Shown in pieces: positions 52,760 through 64,000 of a stretch of DNA of 64,000 nucleotides. Origin of the DNA: Octopus vulgaris. Lineage: Eukaryota. Numbering within the stretch: the first letter of the stretch is position 1; every line of letters begins with the position of its first letter. Below the pieces are notes generated by a model. The model did not search any database. It was not told where the DNA came from and saw only the letters and a program-made list of their open reading frames with translations. A program made the translations under genes and the position numbers. Location of the stretch: contig OX597816.1 of the NCBI GenBank assembly GCA_951406725.2, positions 135,408,001 through 135,472,000 of the forward strand. Reading direction: 5' to 3'.

Positions 52760-54780
52760 TAAACTGTTGTAAGTTAAAAACTGTTGGATAGACATGTGCA
52801 AGGATGGAATACCAGAGAGCTGACATTCTAAGAAAGGATTGACTGTAATAGTTAGTGTGAGCCTAGGAGAGGGACAAATAAGTCTACAATGTCTGATTGG
52901 AGGTAATGTTCATTGTAGTAGTGGTAAGAAGTCAAGAGAGAAGAGAATGCACATCTCTAGAGGTTAGAGGCTGGAGTGCCAATCAGATGAATAACTTTTC
53001 TCTGAATGAAGGAACATACTCCATAATGTGTTTTACTTGAGCTTTAGTAATTATTCAGACTGATTAGTAATTATTTCTGGTTTCAATTTTTGCTACATTA
53101 AAGACGTGCATTTATTTAAAAAATATTCAGTGATAATGAGGCCTAGTATTTGAATTAATTGCAAGGGCTTTAGCTGAATGTTACCTACTCTTCTTCAAAT
53201 GAGGTGAGTGAGATAATAATGTTTTCATAATATGAGCAGTGATTTTGTTTTGTTTTTTTCTGGTGGGGGTGCCATTGAAACATGTTTGGTATGGCTCCAT
53301 TGTTGTATGTTTTTGAAATCTCTGTTCACGGAGTCAGTGTAGATCTGTTATAGGTTGCATATGGATAACACCTGAGTGTGGGAGGTAAAGGAAGAATAAA
53401 GAATGATATCATATGTAGAAGTGTGCATTGTTGAAAGTGAGGACAAATAGCTCAGTGATAGCAAAAAGAAAAACTGTGGGACAAAACTGAACCTTGAAAC
53501 ACACCAGAGTAGACAGAGTGTGGATCAGAGAAAGTTCCATCAGTACATCACAATAGTGCAATCTGACAGGAAGCCATCTATCTAAGAGATAAGAAATAGA
53601 TGAAACACAAAGGCAAATATTTTGACTGATGGTTCACATGCCAGATATTGTTGACAGCTTTATTGATTTTGAAAACAACACTACTTTCACTAAATTTCTT
53701 GATAAAGAAGACCCACTTTTGTGAGTGACAAAAGAAAATAGATGCCCTATATATTTGGCTTTATAAAAGACATACAGGTGATTATTAAAAAAAGAGAAAA
53801 ATTCAAGGTACTGGAAAAGAGTATTGCTAAAAGCCATCTCTGTCACTGAAAATATTGGAAATGGGTGTATTCGGATGGCACTTAGCTGGGTCAGGTGGGT
53901 GGCCTTCCTTAGAAATAGGATACACTGTAGAAAGATACAAAGACTAGGATATATCTACAGAGAGAGAGAGAAAGAGAGTATGTGGTTGAAGAGCCTGGTG
54001 AGTATGAAGGTTAGCACACAAGCACATTGTTTGAGTGTAATGAAAGGCACAGTTAGAACCAGTGACCTTTTTTGAAGTAACCAGAGGTGCATTCACACTT
54101 GGTATGTGGAGCCTGCTAAAGTGGAAGCAAGTATATTGAGAGAAGATTTATGCAGTGTAAACTAAGGACAGCTGGATGCAGAATGGACAACAAATGTGGA
54201 GGCTTTCTCCATAGATATACTTCTAAGAGGAACATCATAGTCGAGAAATGGAAGAAAAAAGGATTTCATACAGTTGGTAGAAATCCTTTTGGTAAAGGAC
54301 CAAAAACATCAGCTGCAATTTAGAGAAAAGAGAGCTTAAGGAATGTAGGATGCATGTTAGAATCCTTTGTAGATCAGGAGTAAAAGTAAAAGTTTGGTAA
54401 GAGCTATACACTTCGTAGGGATGAGTGATTTTCTTGAAGTGTTGTAGGCTGTGTATTTTTAGCATGAACTGCTACAGCAAAGCTATGAGTGAACTGCTTG
54501 GAGCTGTGAGTTTTTGTTGTGTGTGCAATGTGGAGGAAAAAGTGTAAGAGAATGGTTCCTGTCACACATTAGCTGTTACTGACATCACAGTGAAGCACAT
54601 GTAGTGCCAGTAATAGTTGGCATAGAAATACAAAGCTCCAATCAGTTAGCTGACTTGAAGTGTTATAGGGTCTCATGTGTGATGAGTAAAATGTTATAAA
54701 GAATAATTCTTTTTGAAATATTGGCTCTTGAGTCATGTCACATAAAACTATAAATAATAGCATGTAAATATTGGGTTGAA
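52760..54780 (-). mobile_element. Heavily decayed LINE in a HERPUD intron
   Basis: Minus-strand SGVFQGSVLSHSFF (about 53470-53510) is an eroded GVPQGSVLSP RT motif. Boundaries are approximate. Confidence 0.55.
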
Positions 54781-55094
54781 AAACCCTTTTGGATAGAAGG
54801 GGTTGAAGGCTACCCATGGGACTACAGATGTGGATTCAAATGCCACAGGTAACTTCCAACTCTTTCTATCGGAAAAGGATTTTCAACTCATTATAGTTAT
54901 ATGTGATGTGCCTCAAGAGTTAATGTTCCAAAAAAGAATCATTTCGCTTTCTCTCAAAAGCTTATAGAAGTCTTAGGACATCAACATTACAAAGAATAGT
55001 TCTAAACATAGCAATACAATTTCTGCATTATTGAGTAAGCACCTTACACAGATTGCATTCAATTCACACAGAATTCTATAAAAACAATACCAAC

Positions 55095-55192
55095 CTAGGA
55101 TTATAAAAGCCTTCTGCATTATGACTTCGATGTCTCAATTCAGTCTCTGGAGCTGTGAAAGATACAGGTTCTGGACCAGATGCTTCAGGAAC
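55095..55192 (-). CDS. HERPUD: HERPUD coding exon: VPEASGPEPVSFTAPETELRHRSHNAEGFYNP(S)
   Basis: 98-nt exon (phase 0 to 2) with acceptor ttatctag and donor GTTGGT. Phase fits both neighbours, and ELRHR resembles the Herp xLRQR motif. Confidence 0.8.
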
Positions 55193-56705
55193 CTAGATAA
55201 AAGAAATAATAGTGGCACTGTTAAATCATCAACAATATGAAATTAAACCTAATGAAGTATCATCATCACCAACATTTAACGTCAGTTTTCCAATCTGGCA
55301 TGGGTTGGACAGCTTGACAGGAACTGGCAAGGCCAGGGGCCACACCAGGTTTATAGGCTGGATGCCCTTCCAACCATTTTAGAAAGTGTACCAGTGCCGG
55401 TGCCCTTCCAACCATTTTAGAAAGTGTACCAGTTACCAGTGCCGGTGGCATGTAAGAGATCCTTCCGTTTCGCGACCGTTGCCAGCACCGCCCCGTTTCG
55501 TGTCCGTTGCCAGCCTCGCCTGGCCCTCGTGCTGGTGGCACATAAAAAGCACCATCCGTTCGTGGCCGTTCGCCAGCTCTGTCTGGCACCTGTGCGGGTG
55601 GCACGTAAAAAGCACCCACTACACTCACGGAGTGGTTGGCGTTAGGAAGGGCATCCAGCCGTAGAAACACTGCCAGATTTGACTGGGCCTGATGAAGCCT
55701 TCTGGTTTCACAGACCCCAGTAGAACCGTCCAACCCATGCTAGCATGGAAAACGGACGCTAAACGATGATGATGATGATGATGTACTGGGTGCTTTTTAC
55801 ATGGTACCAGCACCCACATCAATGCTTTTTACATGGCGCCTTTGTTTTAGGATCTCAAGAAACTTGGTTTCAAAATCTACTTCATACGTTTTAATTTATA
55901 AAAGATACCTTTTATAAATTAAAATTTCCAATTTCTACCAATCGATGCCAGTGCCGGCTGGCTGGTCCTGCCCAGTGGCATGTAAAAAGCACCATTCGAG
56001 TGTGGTTGCTGCTAATGCTGCCTGACTGGTTCCTGTACTGGTGGCACGTAAAAAGCACCATTCAAGCGTGGTTGATGCCAGTACCACCTGACTGGCCCTC
56101 ATCATGCCGGTGGCACATAAAAAGCACCCACCACACTCTCGGAATGGTTGGCATTAGGAAAGGCATCCAGCCGTAGAAACTTTGCCAGATCAAACTGGAG
56201 CCTGGTGCAGCCTTCTGGCTTGCCAACCCTCAGTCAAACCGTCCAACGGACGTTAAATGACGACGATGATGATGATGCTAAAATGAATAGTAAATATGCA
56301 TTAAATCACAAACATCTACCTCTATTCTGGTTTCTTAGTCTAACTTCTAGTTAATTTGTGAAGTTGAAACTTTTGAAATATAAGTTTTCCTCACTCCAGA
56401 TTCTATGTGGAAGCCTTTTGGGGAATAAAAAAACACTTCCCCTTATATGGTTACCTCCTTTTATATTCCTGTTTCAAATCCTGCTATGGTCATAAAATAA
56501 GAAGTAATCAAGTTGTAGAGTCAATATAATCAACACTCACATTTAAGGAATGACTCAACTCAACATTTGGCTGCAAAACATTGCCGCATCACAGCAAAAC
56601 AAACATAACAAAAGAAAAAAGAGCAACATATAGTGAATCAGATCAAATTATCAGAGAAGCCCACAATCTATAAAGCATGTATCCAAGTATCTAATACGTG
56701 TGCAT

Positions 56706-57320
56706 TAGGGTGATGCAAAACAACTTATTTCAAAAACTTGAAGACACCCTCTAATTTTATTTAATTTAGTACATAAACTCAGCATGCAAAATTCAGCGCA
56801 ATTGAAGACATTTTAGAGGTTGCTACCATCCACTGAACATTTTGTATATTGTCATTTTTCAGTCTGCATTTATTGTACATTTTCTGTCTCCTTGCCATCA
56901 TCTACTGGCCCTGACATACAACTGTTCAAAAGATTCACAGCAAAGCAAAGTGGGTGGACATTGACAAGAATAGTTACCAAACAGCAATATATGACCCTAA
57001 CGTTGCAGAGAAAATCTCAGATGCTGAAGAAATGATTCAATTTGCTCAAGCTCAGCCTGATGAACAGCAGCCTTGTGATGACTACAAGGAATTGCTCAAG
57101 CTAATGCTCCTTTTCCTTGGTAGCATCCTCAAATCAGGAATCAGCTTTAAAGCACCCAGAGCTTATCACAAAGCATGATGGATGACCAAGCTAATTTACT
57201 GCATTAAAATTTGGATATTTAAATCTCAGTTTAAACTAACTGAGAGGGGAAAAAAGACTGAGAGATGTTTGCTACTTTACAGCTGCAATACACATCGGAT
57301 CGTGGTACCTGGCATCCATA
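56706..57320 (+). mobile_element. DNA transposon relic, probably hATm-like
   Basis: TAGGGTG terminus. Peptide PCDDYKELLKLMLLFLG...FKAPRAYHKA*WMTKLIYCIKIWIF matches the DYxELL...HxARWM motif of these transposases. The subfamily assignment is from memory. Confidence 0.65.
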
Positions 57321-57525
57321 CGCTCATGCAAAGTCAAGTAGTTGTCAAGTAGTGGTGTGGGGATGAACACACGCACACACACATACAACAAGCTTTCAGT
57401 TTTTGTTTACCAAATCCACTCACAAGGTTTTGGTTGGCCTGAGGCTATATAGTAGAAGAAACATAGCATCAAACCCATGTGATTGGGAAGCAACTTGTAC
57501 CTATATATATACATATATATATATA

Positions 57526-58035
57526 CTAGCAGTATCGCCCGGCGTTGCTCGGGTTTGTAAGGGAAATAACTATATAAGCATTTTTAGAGAGTTACTTCCG
57601 TTATAGATGCCAATTCGGGCTTTCTTAGCCATTTCTGTTTTGGTGTCTTCAAGCCATGAAGTCGTTGTTCTAAAAGAACGCTGGTCTCCTTGACAATGCT
57701 TTACGACGTTGATTTCCTTACACTCCCTTCCCCACAGCTTCACGAGGGAGGGAAGAAGGGGGAGAACACAAGTGCAGGTGTGACCATGGACGCCAACTCC
57801 GCCGCCATCGACACACGAAAAATTATGCATTAAAATGGAATAAAAAATGATGTTAAATTATTTTTTAAATCGTAGACTCATCGTAGACGCGCGCTAGTAC
57901 CCAGACGGGCTCGATATGAATCACGCCTATAAGATACCCGAATTTGGTTAAACTGCACCGCAAAATGTGGGAGTAGTTAGGAATCTAAATCGAAGGGGAC
58001 AGACACTCACACAACTACAGTTTTATATATATAGA
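57526..58035 (-). mobile_element. Non-autonomous Helitron in a HERPUD intron
   Basis: On -: A|TC start, 3' CCCGAGCAACGCCGGGCGATACTGCTAG|T. It shares both ends with 37066-37370. Confidence 0.88.
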
Positions 58036-58210
58036 TATATATATATATTGTCCAAAGGGGCATGCACATTAATGTGTGATGGTTTTGACATCGAATAACA
58101 TCAATTTGCTTGTGCATATACATTGAAAAATAAAAAGAAAACAAATAATAAAATATATATAATAATTTTAATTACACTAAGACATATAATGACATAAGAA
58201 ATATACTTAC

Positions 58211-58309
58211 TGTCTCTTTTACCTCAGTGGACTGGGTGATAGTTTTGTTTGAATTATCAATCACTTGGGTACAAACTAAGTGAATTGTGTGCTGACTGCC
58301 TTGATCAAA
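58211..58309 (-). CDS. HERPUD: HERPUD coding exon, end of UBL: FDQGSQHTIHLVCTQVIDNSNKTITQSTEVKET
   Basis: 99-nt exon with acceptor tttccctcaag and donor GTAAGT. The HTIHLVC motif closes the Herp UBL domain. Confidence 0.9.
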
Positions 58310-59288
58310 CTTGAGGGAAAAAAAGAAAACAGAATAAGATTTATATCACAAACAAGAATAATTCTATTTTAATACTGATATAAAACCAAAAAAAAACTTA
58401 ATACACTAGATTTTCCTGATAGGTTCTAAACAATGTTGAAAATAAATAAAAAGAAGATTACTACTATTTAAAATATTCGTTACTGCTGTATTTTTTACAA
58501 CTTTGTTATCTTGAAGGCTAACATTAACAAGATCCTAATGGTTTACATTAGATCAAGTTATTCCTCCTTGTAACTAAGTTCACTGAAGCTTCACTTCCTG
58601 AAGTTACAACACAATATGCTACCTTGAGCCAATGTTATCATCTTCTATGCTTTCCAATTAATAAAACTAAGTTCAAGGAACTTCTGGTATCTTGCCTCAA
58701 ATCAACAATCAGGAAAAAAGCTGATAACAGCATCATTAGTACAAAAACAGCAAGTAAGCAGGCTTACTATAAGTTTCACATGTTGATATTTCAGCATTTA
58801 AACCTCATATCAAATTTTCTTGAAACTTTTGCCTAAGTAAATTACTTAAAAACTGGTTATCATTTCCATTTCGCAACAGAGAAAGAAACTGACAAAAGAA
58901 AAATACCTATAGCTTTCAATTGTTCAAGTATGTCTGTATTTGAAAATCAGAACAGAAAAACAAATGACAGCTGTTATTTACTATTTACATTATTTCCATA
59001 AATATCTATCATTAATTTTTTAATACCATCAATAGAATGACCATGTGTTTAAGTTAGATCCATCCTTTAAACAACATACATCTTTTCATATACTTCATTT
59101 TTAATCTCACTGCAAATCCCATAACACTTCTATTTGCAATTTGAGAACAAGAAATATAAATTATGTTACAAAATAGCAGCTTCAACAATTCACACAAATT
59201 TTCGTGTCTGCATTTAAAAACATAGCACTGAAACTATATTGGAAAGAAAGTAATTTAACTAGTATATTTACTTAGGTTGGCAACTTAC

Positions 59289-59366
59289 CTGATGAAATAT
59301 GTCTTTCAATTTGAGGTGATCCAGAAGAAGCTTTCCAGAATATATCAATCTTTGCTGCTGTTCACT
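59289..59366 (-). CDS. HERPUD: HERPUD (Herp) coding exon, ubiquitin-like domain: SEQQQRLIYSGKLLLDHLKLKDIFHQ
   Basis: 78-nt phase 0/0 exon between ttacag and GTAAGT. QRLIYSGKLLLDH is the Herp UBL signature. The upstream coding exon was not found in the window. Confidence 0.93.
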
Positions 59367-62300
59367 CTGTAATTAATAATGCATAGATCATTAATAAATG
59401 AAATGAGGATTTTCATAATGTACATAAAAACACAAAACTGAGTTATCAATTTAATTAGGTTGCTGATATTTTACTGCTGTTGGACATTTTCAGTTTGCCC
59501 TGATTAATATGTGGGTAGCTAATACAAATACTTCATAGTCAATTGGAAACACAATAGACTTTAGTTCGTGATCACTTATCTCACAACAAGGAACTGCTAA
59601 AACAGTAATTAAAAAGCAAAATGGAGACAGTAGTCTTGTGTACAATACTAAAGATGTAGCCTAACATTAAATATAAAAACAAGCCAATAAGACTTGTAAA
59701 ACATCTAAACCTGTAAGAGATTTTAAAGGCCAGGGCTTGGTTTCAATTCTCATAGTATTAAAGGAGAAATAAATTCCCCTTAGATACAATGTTGGTTTCA
59801 AATTTTGCCACATGGTTAGACATTTCAGGGGAGGGACTAAGCCAATTACAAGGGTCCCAGTGCTCAACTGATCATTATTTTATTAACCCTAAAAGGATGA
59901 AAGGCTAAGTCAACAGCAGCAGAATCTGAATGCAGAACAGACAGATGACATGCTACTAAGCATTTTGCCTGGCATGCAAATGATTCTGCTAGCTTGCTAC
60001 CTTATATTGGTCTATAATATTACCAAATATCATAAAACCTAATTCAGGCAGGTTGGTTAAATGAAAAGCATAATATTAAGAGCAATTCTAAAGTGCACAA
60101 AGCTGGCTACAGCCGTTGCCAGTACCGCCTGACTGGCCCTCGTGTCGGTGACACGTAAAAGCACCCACTACACTCTTGGAGTGGTTGGCATTAGGAAAGG
60201 CATCCAGCTGTAGAAACTTTACCAGATCAGATTGGAGCCTGGTGCAGCCATCTGGTTCGCCAGTCCTCAGTCAAATCGTCCAACCCATGCTAGCATGGAA
60301 AGCGGACATTAAACGATGATGACGATGACATCTGATGGCTCAGTTTAGGCTCTATATTAGAAAGAATACATGCAATGTGGGAAGAAATAGCTACACTCAT
60401 TTTATCATTTGGTGTTGAAAAATTTTTGAATGTCAAACAGAAAAAAGCATCAGGTAACATACTAATTGTTGCATCTGTCACAACATAAATGCCAACTTGG
60501 ATAAAATGAACTTAATCTTTAGTTCTGTTTTACTATTATTACCTTCATTTTACATATGAATGTGGTTTAACACCAACTCAAAGACTTTATTTCTAGTTTC
60601 TGAGCAGAAAAGAGCTGCAGATCCCTGCTCAACATGCTTGCTCCACCAGCAGCCAAATCGCTCACAATTGACACCATACTGTCTTAAAACTTATTTAGTT
60701 CAAAATACACAATACCCAAAGAAACTGGAATGTCTTTGATCATAGGTCTGCTCATTAAAACCTAGTTTATGCTAAAGAGCAACAATGGTGCTGCAATGAA
60801 AAGAAAGCAATTATGGAAAATTCCCTTTGATCAACTGCCCATTGTTGTCTGGTAAGTCAGGCAAGTGGGATACATTATCCAAATAAGCATTCTTCAGTCT
60901 TGGACATAAAATTTCATAAAAATTTTCAGCATTTATCAACCCAAAAATTGGATGAAATAATATTTTCCATCACTTCTAGACACCACTAAAACCATTTCTA
61001 TTGACAATTGATTTTGTTTTGTAAAAATACGGCAGAAAGAGAGATAGAAATGAGAGGGAAGGAAAAAAGAAAAGAAATGTTTTTAGAATTTCTGCTTCTT
61101 TCTGAAAAGTGTGATCATGAGTTTTAAAACCTGAGAAATGGTAAACAGATGATAAAAGAAGTACATTACAATGGGAATGTTTTATAAAACCAAGCGACAT
61201 TTGTGAAAAGAAAGAGCTAAGTAGACAGAACATCTGAAATGTTTAGTTGTTTATTCTACCAATCTTGCAAATAGTCAGATGCAGACTTTCCCAGGAATTC
61301 AAAAATAGAAGGCCAGACTGGCTAAACACTAGCAAACAAAGTCAACTTTCCCACAACGGACATATTGGATAATATATTGTGAAAAAAAAATACATGTATA
61401 GAAATAAGACTTTGGAATTCTTGATCAGAGAAATAGAAATACTACATACACAATCAGCAGTTATTTATGTTTAACTTGAAAACTATTTAAACCATTTCAA
61501 AGTTAGTAAGGCATTAGATGAGATAAATTCATATTTAATATAAATAAAAAAAAAATTTAAATAAACATTATCCTGTGACTTGCTTCTAGTAGTACTTGGG
61601 TTGATATCACAGAAAAGTTATTCAATATGCACAATAAATTTTTTATCAAACAAATCCTTATGCAATTAATATCCAACTTAACTCATTACTCTTATATTTT
61701 CTTCTCATTTAATTCTCAGAAACAAACTTACAATCTTCTCTTGTCTTACCCTCTGATTCAGTTTTAATACAACACCTACTTGCTCTCATATTTCATACCC
61801 GAGTCATTTATATGCTAGGAACAATGAAAGTCACTCCAACTGCAATTTGCACTTTACCGTTTCTGTAAAACCAGTGTTCTAAATTAGCATATCTCAAAGA
61901 AAGTAAAAAGACACCAAATATTCATTCTATTTCAATAATTAACACAAAACTCAAAGAATTCAGAAATTTACATCATATGAATGTCCATAGTGGAAGTATG
62001 AAATGCAGAAGCTTTCATGTAAAGGTAAAGTTACCTTTTCAAATCATACTGACTCACAAGGGCCAGTTTCCCAGTTTCATGGCATATATATTCCCCATCT
62101 AAATGGCATTTCTCATTTTTGCCAGTTGAGTGGACTGGAACAACATGGAATGAAGTGTTTTGCTCAAGAACACAATGCATCACCTGGTTCAGGAATCGAA
62201 GCCACAATCTTACAATCATGAGTCTAACACCCTAACTACTAAGCCATGTGCATCCACAAGCTTTCATACACCTTGATCCTGCATCATATCACCATTCACA

Positions 62301-63463
62301 AGTCCACTAAATACTTTTCCCCAAATATTCTTTGGTTTATCAATACAGTAGATTCCAACTACCACTACCACTTGACAACCACCATTTGTTTACATCCTTG
62401 TAACTTTGTGGTTAAGCAAAAGAGACTAATAGAATAAGTGCTAGGCTATATAAAAACAAAAAAACAGGACTAGGGTCAATCCATTTGACTAGAACCCTGC
62501 AAGGCAATAACCCCAGCATGGCTGCAGTCAAACGACTGAAACAAGTAAAAGATAAAAGATTAAACATTGCATTTATTTTTCATCACAATTGAACAATAGG
62601 GTTGTTGGTTGTGTTTCCAACAAGCCAGTCACTAGTTCTCTTCATGTCTAGCAATCTCACTATAGAAGAAATATCTCAAGGGATTTAGTTCATAAAACAC
62701 TAGTTTTCTTGTTTACATCCCTCACTGAAAGATGTACACATATATACTATGATCAGTGGTTCTATTTGTTTACATCATACAAACATGTATGCGCACACAT
62801 ATATGACACAGTTATGACTATGTGGTTAAGAAGTTTGCTTCACACCACCCAGGCCAACAAAAGCCTCACCTATAGATTTTGATTCACAGATTTGTGTGTG
62901 TGCATGCATGCATGTGTGCATTTGTATCCCCTAGTCTTGACATTGGGCACTAAATTGTAAAAAGATATTACTGTCAAAGAAATAATCTTGTTCATCTGCA
63001 ATCTTCTGTGAAACATGTCTGGCCAATTTGATGTTTGTGTTCAAAGGATTCAGGGAACAACTAGCTTGCTTTGAAACAGTTCAGCTTTGGTGACAGAGAG
63101 AGCATCCAGCCATAGTAAAATGTGCCTCGATGAATTTCATCTGACTTGTATGCACCTTTCCTGGAATGTTTTTACTGAACATCCAATGGGCTATATTCAA
63201 CAGCAATCAAATGCTACACATCATTATATATCAATCCTATTGCATCTCACATATTCCATATGGTTGGTTTTCATATAGAGAACCATTTACCAGTACTAAA
63301 AATAGTGACTATTTGAATTCTTCTATTTCCCTTTAACCTTAGCAACTCTGTGATCATTTCCTGTGATAATTATTATGTCAACTCAGTAATACAAACCTAC
63401 TACTATTAATAAACCATCAATATTTTTCTTGCTTTGCAGTTAGTAGCCATTCATGGACTAGAG

Positions 63464-63640
63464 CAGCAGTTCCCAAAATGTAAAAACAAAATAATGGGTT
63501 AATTAGGTTAAGTTTTGTTTATGAAATACAGTTGCTTAGAATTTGATTCAGAAAGAGAGTTTGTGTTTGTGATGGTGAGTGGAGTGGGGTGCATTAGAAA
63601 TGAGGCAGCTCAAAAACGTTTAGGAGTCAGGAAACCACTG
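63464..63640. mobile_element. hAT (Charlie-type) MITE
   Basis: Ends are CAGCAGTTCCC ... GGAAACCACTG. The 8-bp TSD GACTAGAG/AACTAGAG has the central CTAG typical of Charlie targets. Confidence 0.75.
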
Positions 63641-64000
63641 AACTAGAGCAACTAAAAGCCTAGTTGCTTGACAGTTAATCAGAGGTCCATTTGCATGTTT
63701 TATGCATTTATTATTTATATGGATAACATAATACCATATAACTGCTGGCTCTCTCACAGGATGTCATCCACTGCCATTTCTATGATGCTATTCAGGCCTT
63801 CACACTTAACTAGTAACCTTACTTTTAAACCTTTTGACTAAAATTAGTGATAATTAGTTCCACACCCTCTCTCTCTTTTGGAGAGGCACAAGCACCTACA
63901 CGCACATATACACACACGGCAGTAATAGTTATTGTACTGATTCTACAATGAAGGCTAAATCATTAGCATAAAGAAGAATCCAGAAGTATCCAGTTATGAA

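Noticed and set aside
55945-56130. Regularly spaced GGTGGCACGTAAAAAGCACC repeats resembling a CRISPR array
   Set aside because: Eukaryotic intron, no cas genes, and the spacers resemble each other. They are internal tandem units of a retroposon.
59367-64000. Search for the first HERPUD coding exon or promoter (KxPNQ...YP motif, ERSE)
   Set aside because: No convincing match was seen; it probably lies beyond the window end.

Overview
AT-rich, microsatellite-dense animal genomic DNA. The repeat landscape (tRNA-headed SINEs, (TA)n/(CA)n/(TACA)n tracts, RTE and CR1/L2-group LINE relics) looks like a coleoid cephalopod, probably Octopus; this is inference. Two host genes are supported and are convergent. 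The first is an intronless ankyrin-repeat/SOCS-box (ASB-type) CDS on + at 25710-26828. The second is a HERPUD (Herp, ERAD factor) gene on -, for which I rebuilt seven GT-AG coding exons with consistent phases (59366 down to 47862; 999 nt); the first coding exon was not found and probably lies beyond the window. Almost all other listed ORFs are microsatellite artefacts or transposon fragments. The remainder is a layered TE landscape: a young LINE with an open RT, RTE, L1/Tx1-like and Gypsy relics, mariner, Tc2 and hAT MITEs, and six non-autonomous Helitrons. The most interesting unannotated signals are (i) several type-I minimal hammerhead-ribozyme motifs in Penelope-like termini, one inside a long foldback; (ii) a near-perfect 146-bp-arm palindrome; (iii) inverted SINE pairs bracketing HERPUD exons (dsRNA, A-to-I editing or circRNA candidates); and (iv) a CpG-decay footprint over the HERPUD gene body. 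I found no convincing wholly new protein-coding system.
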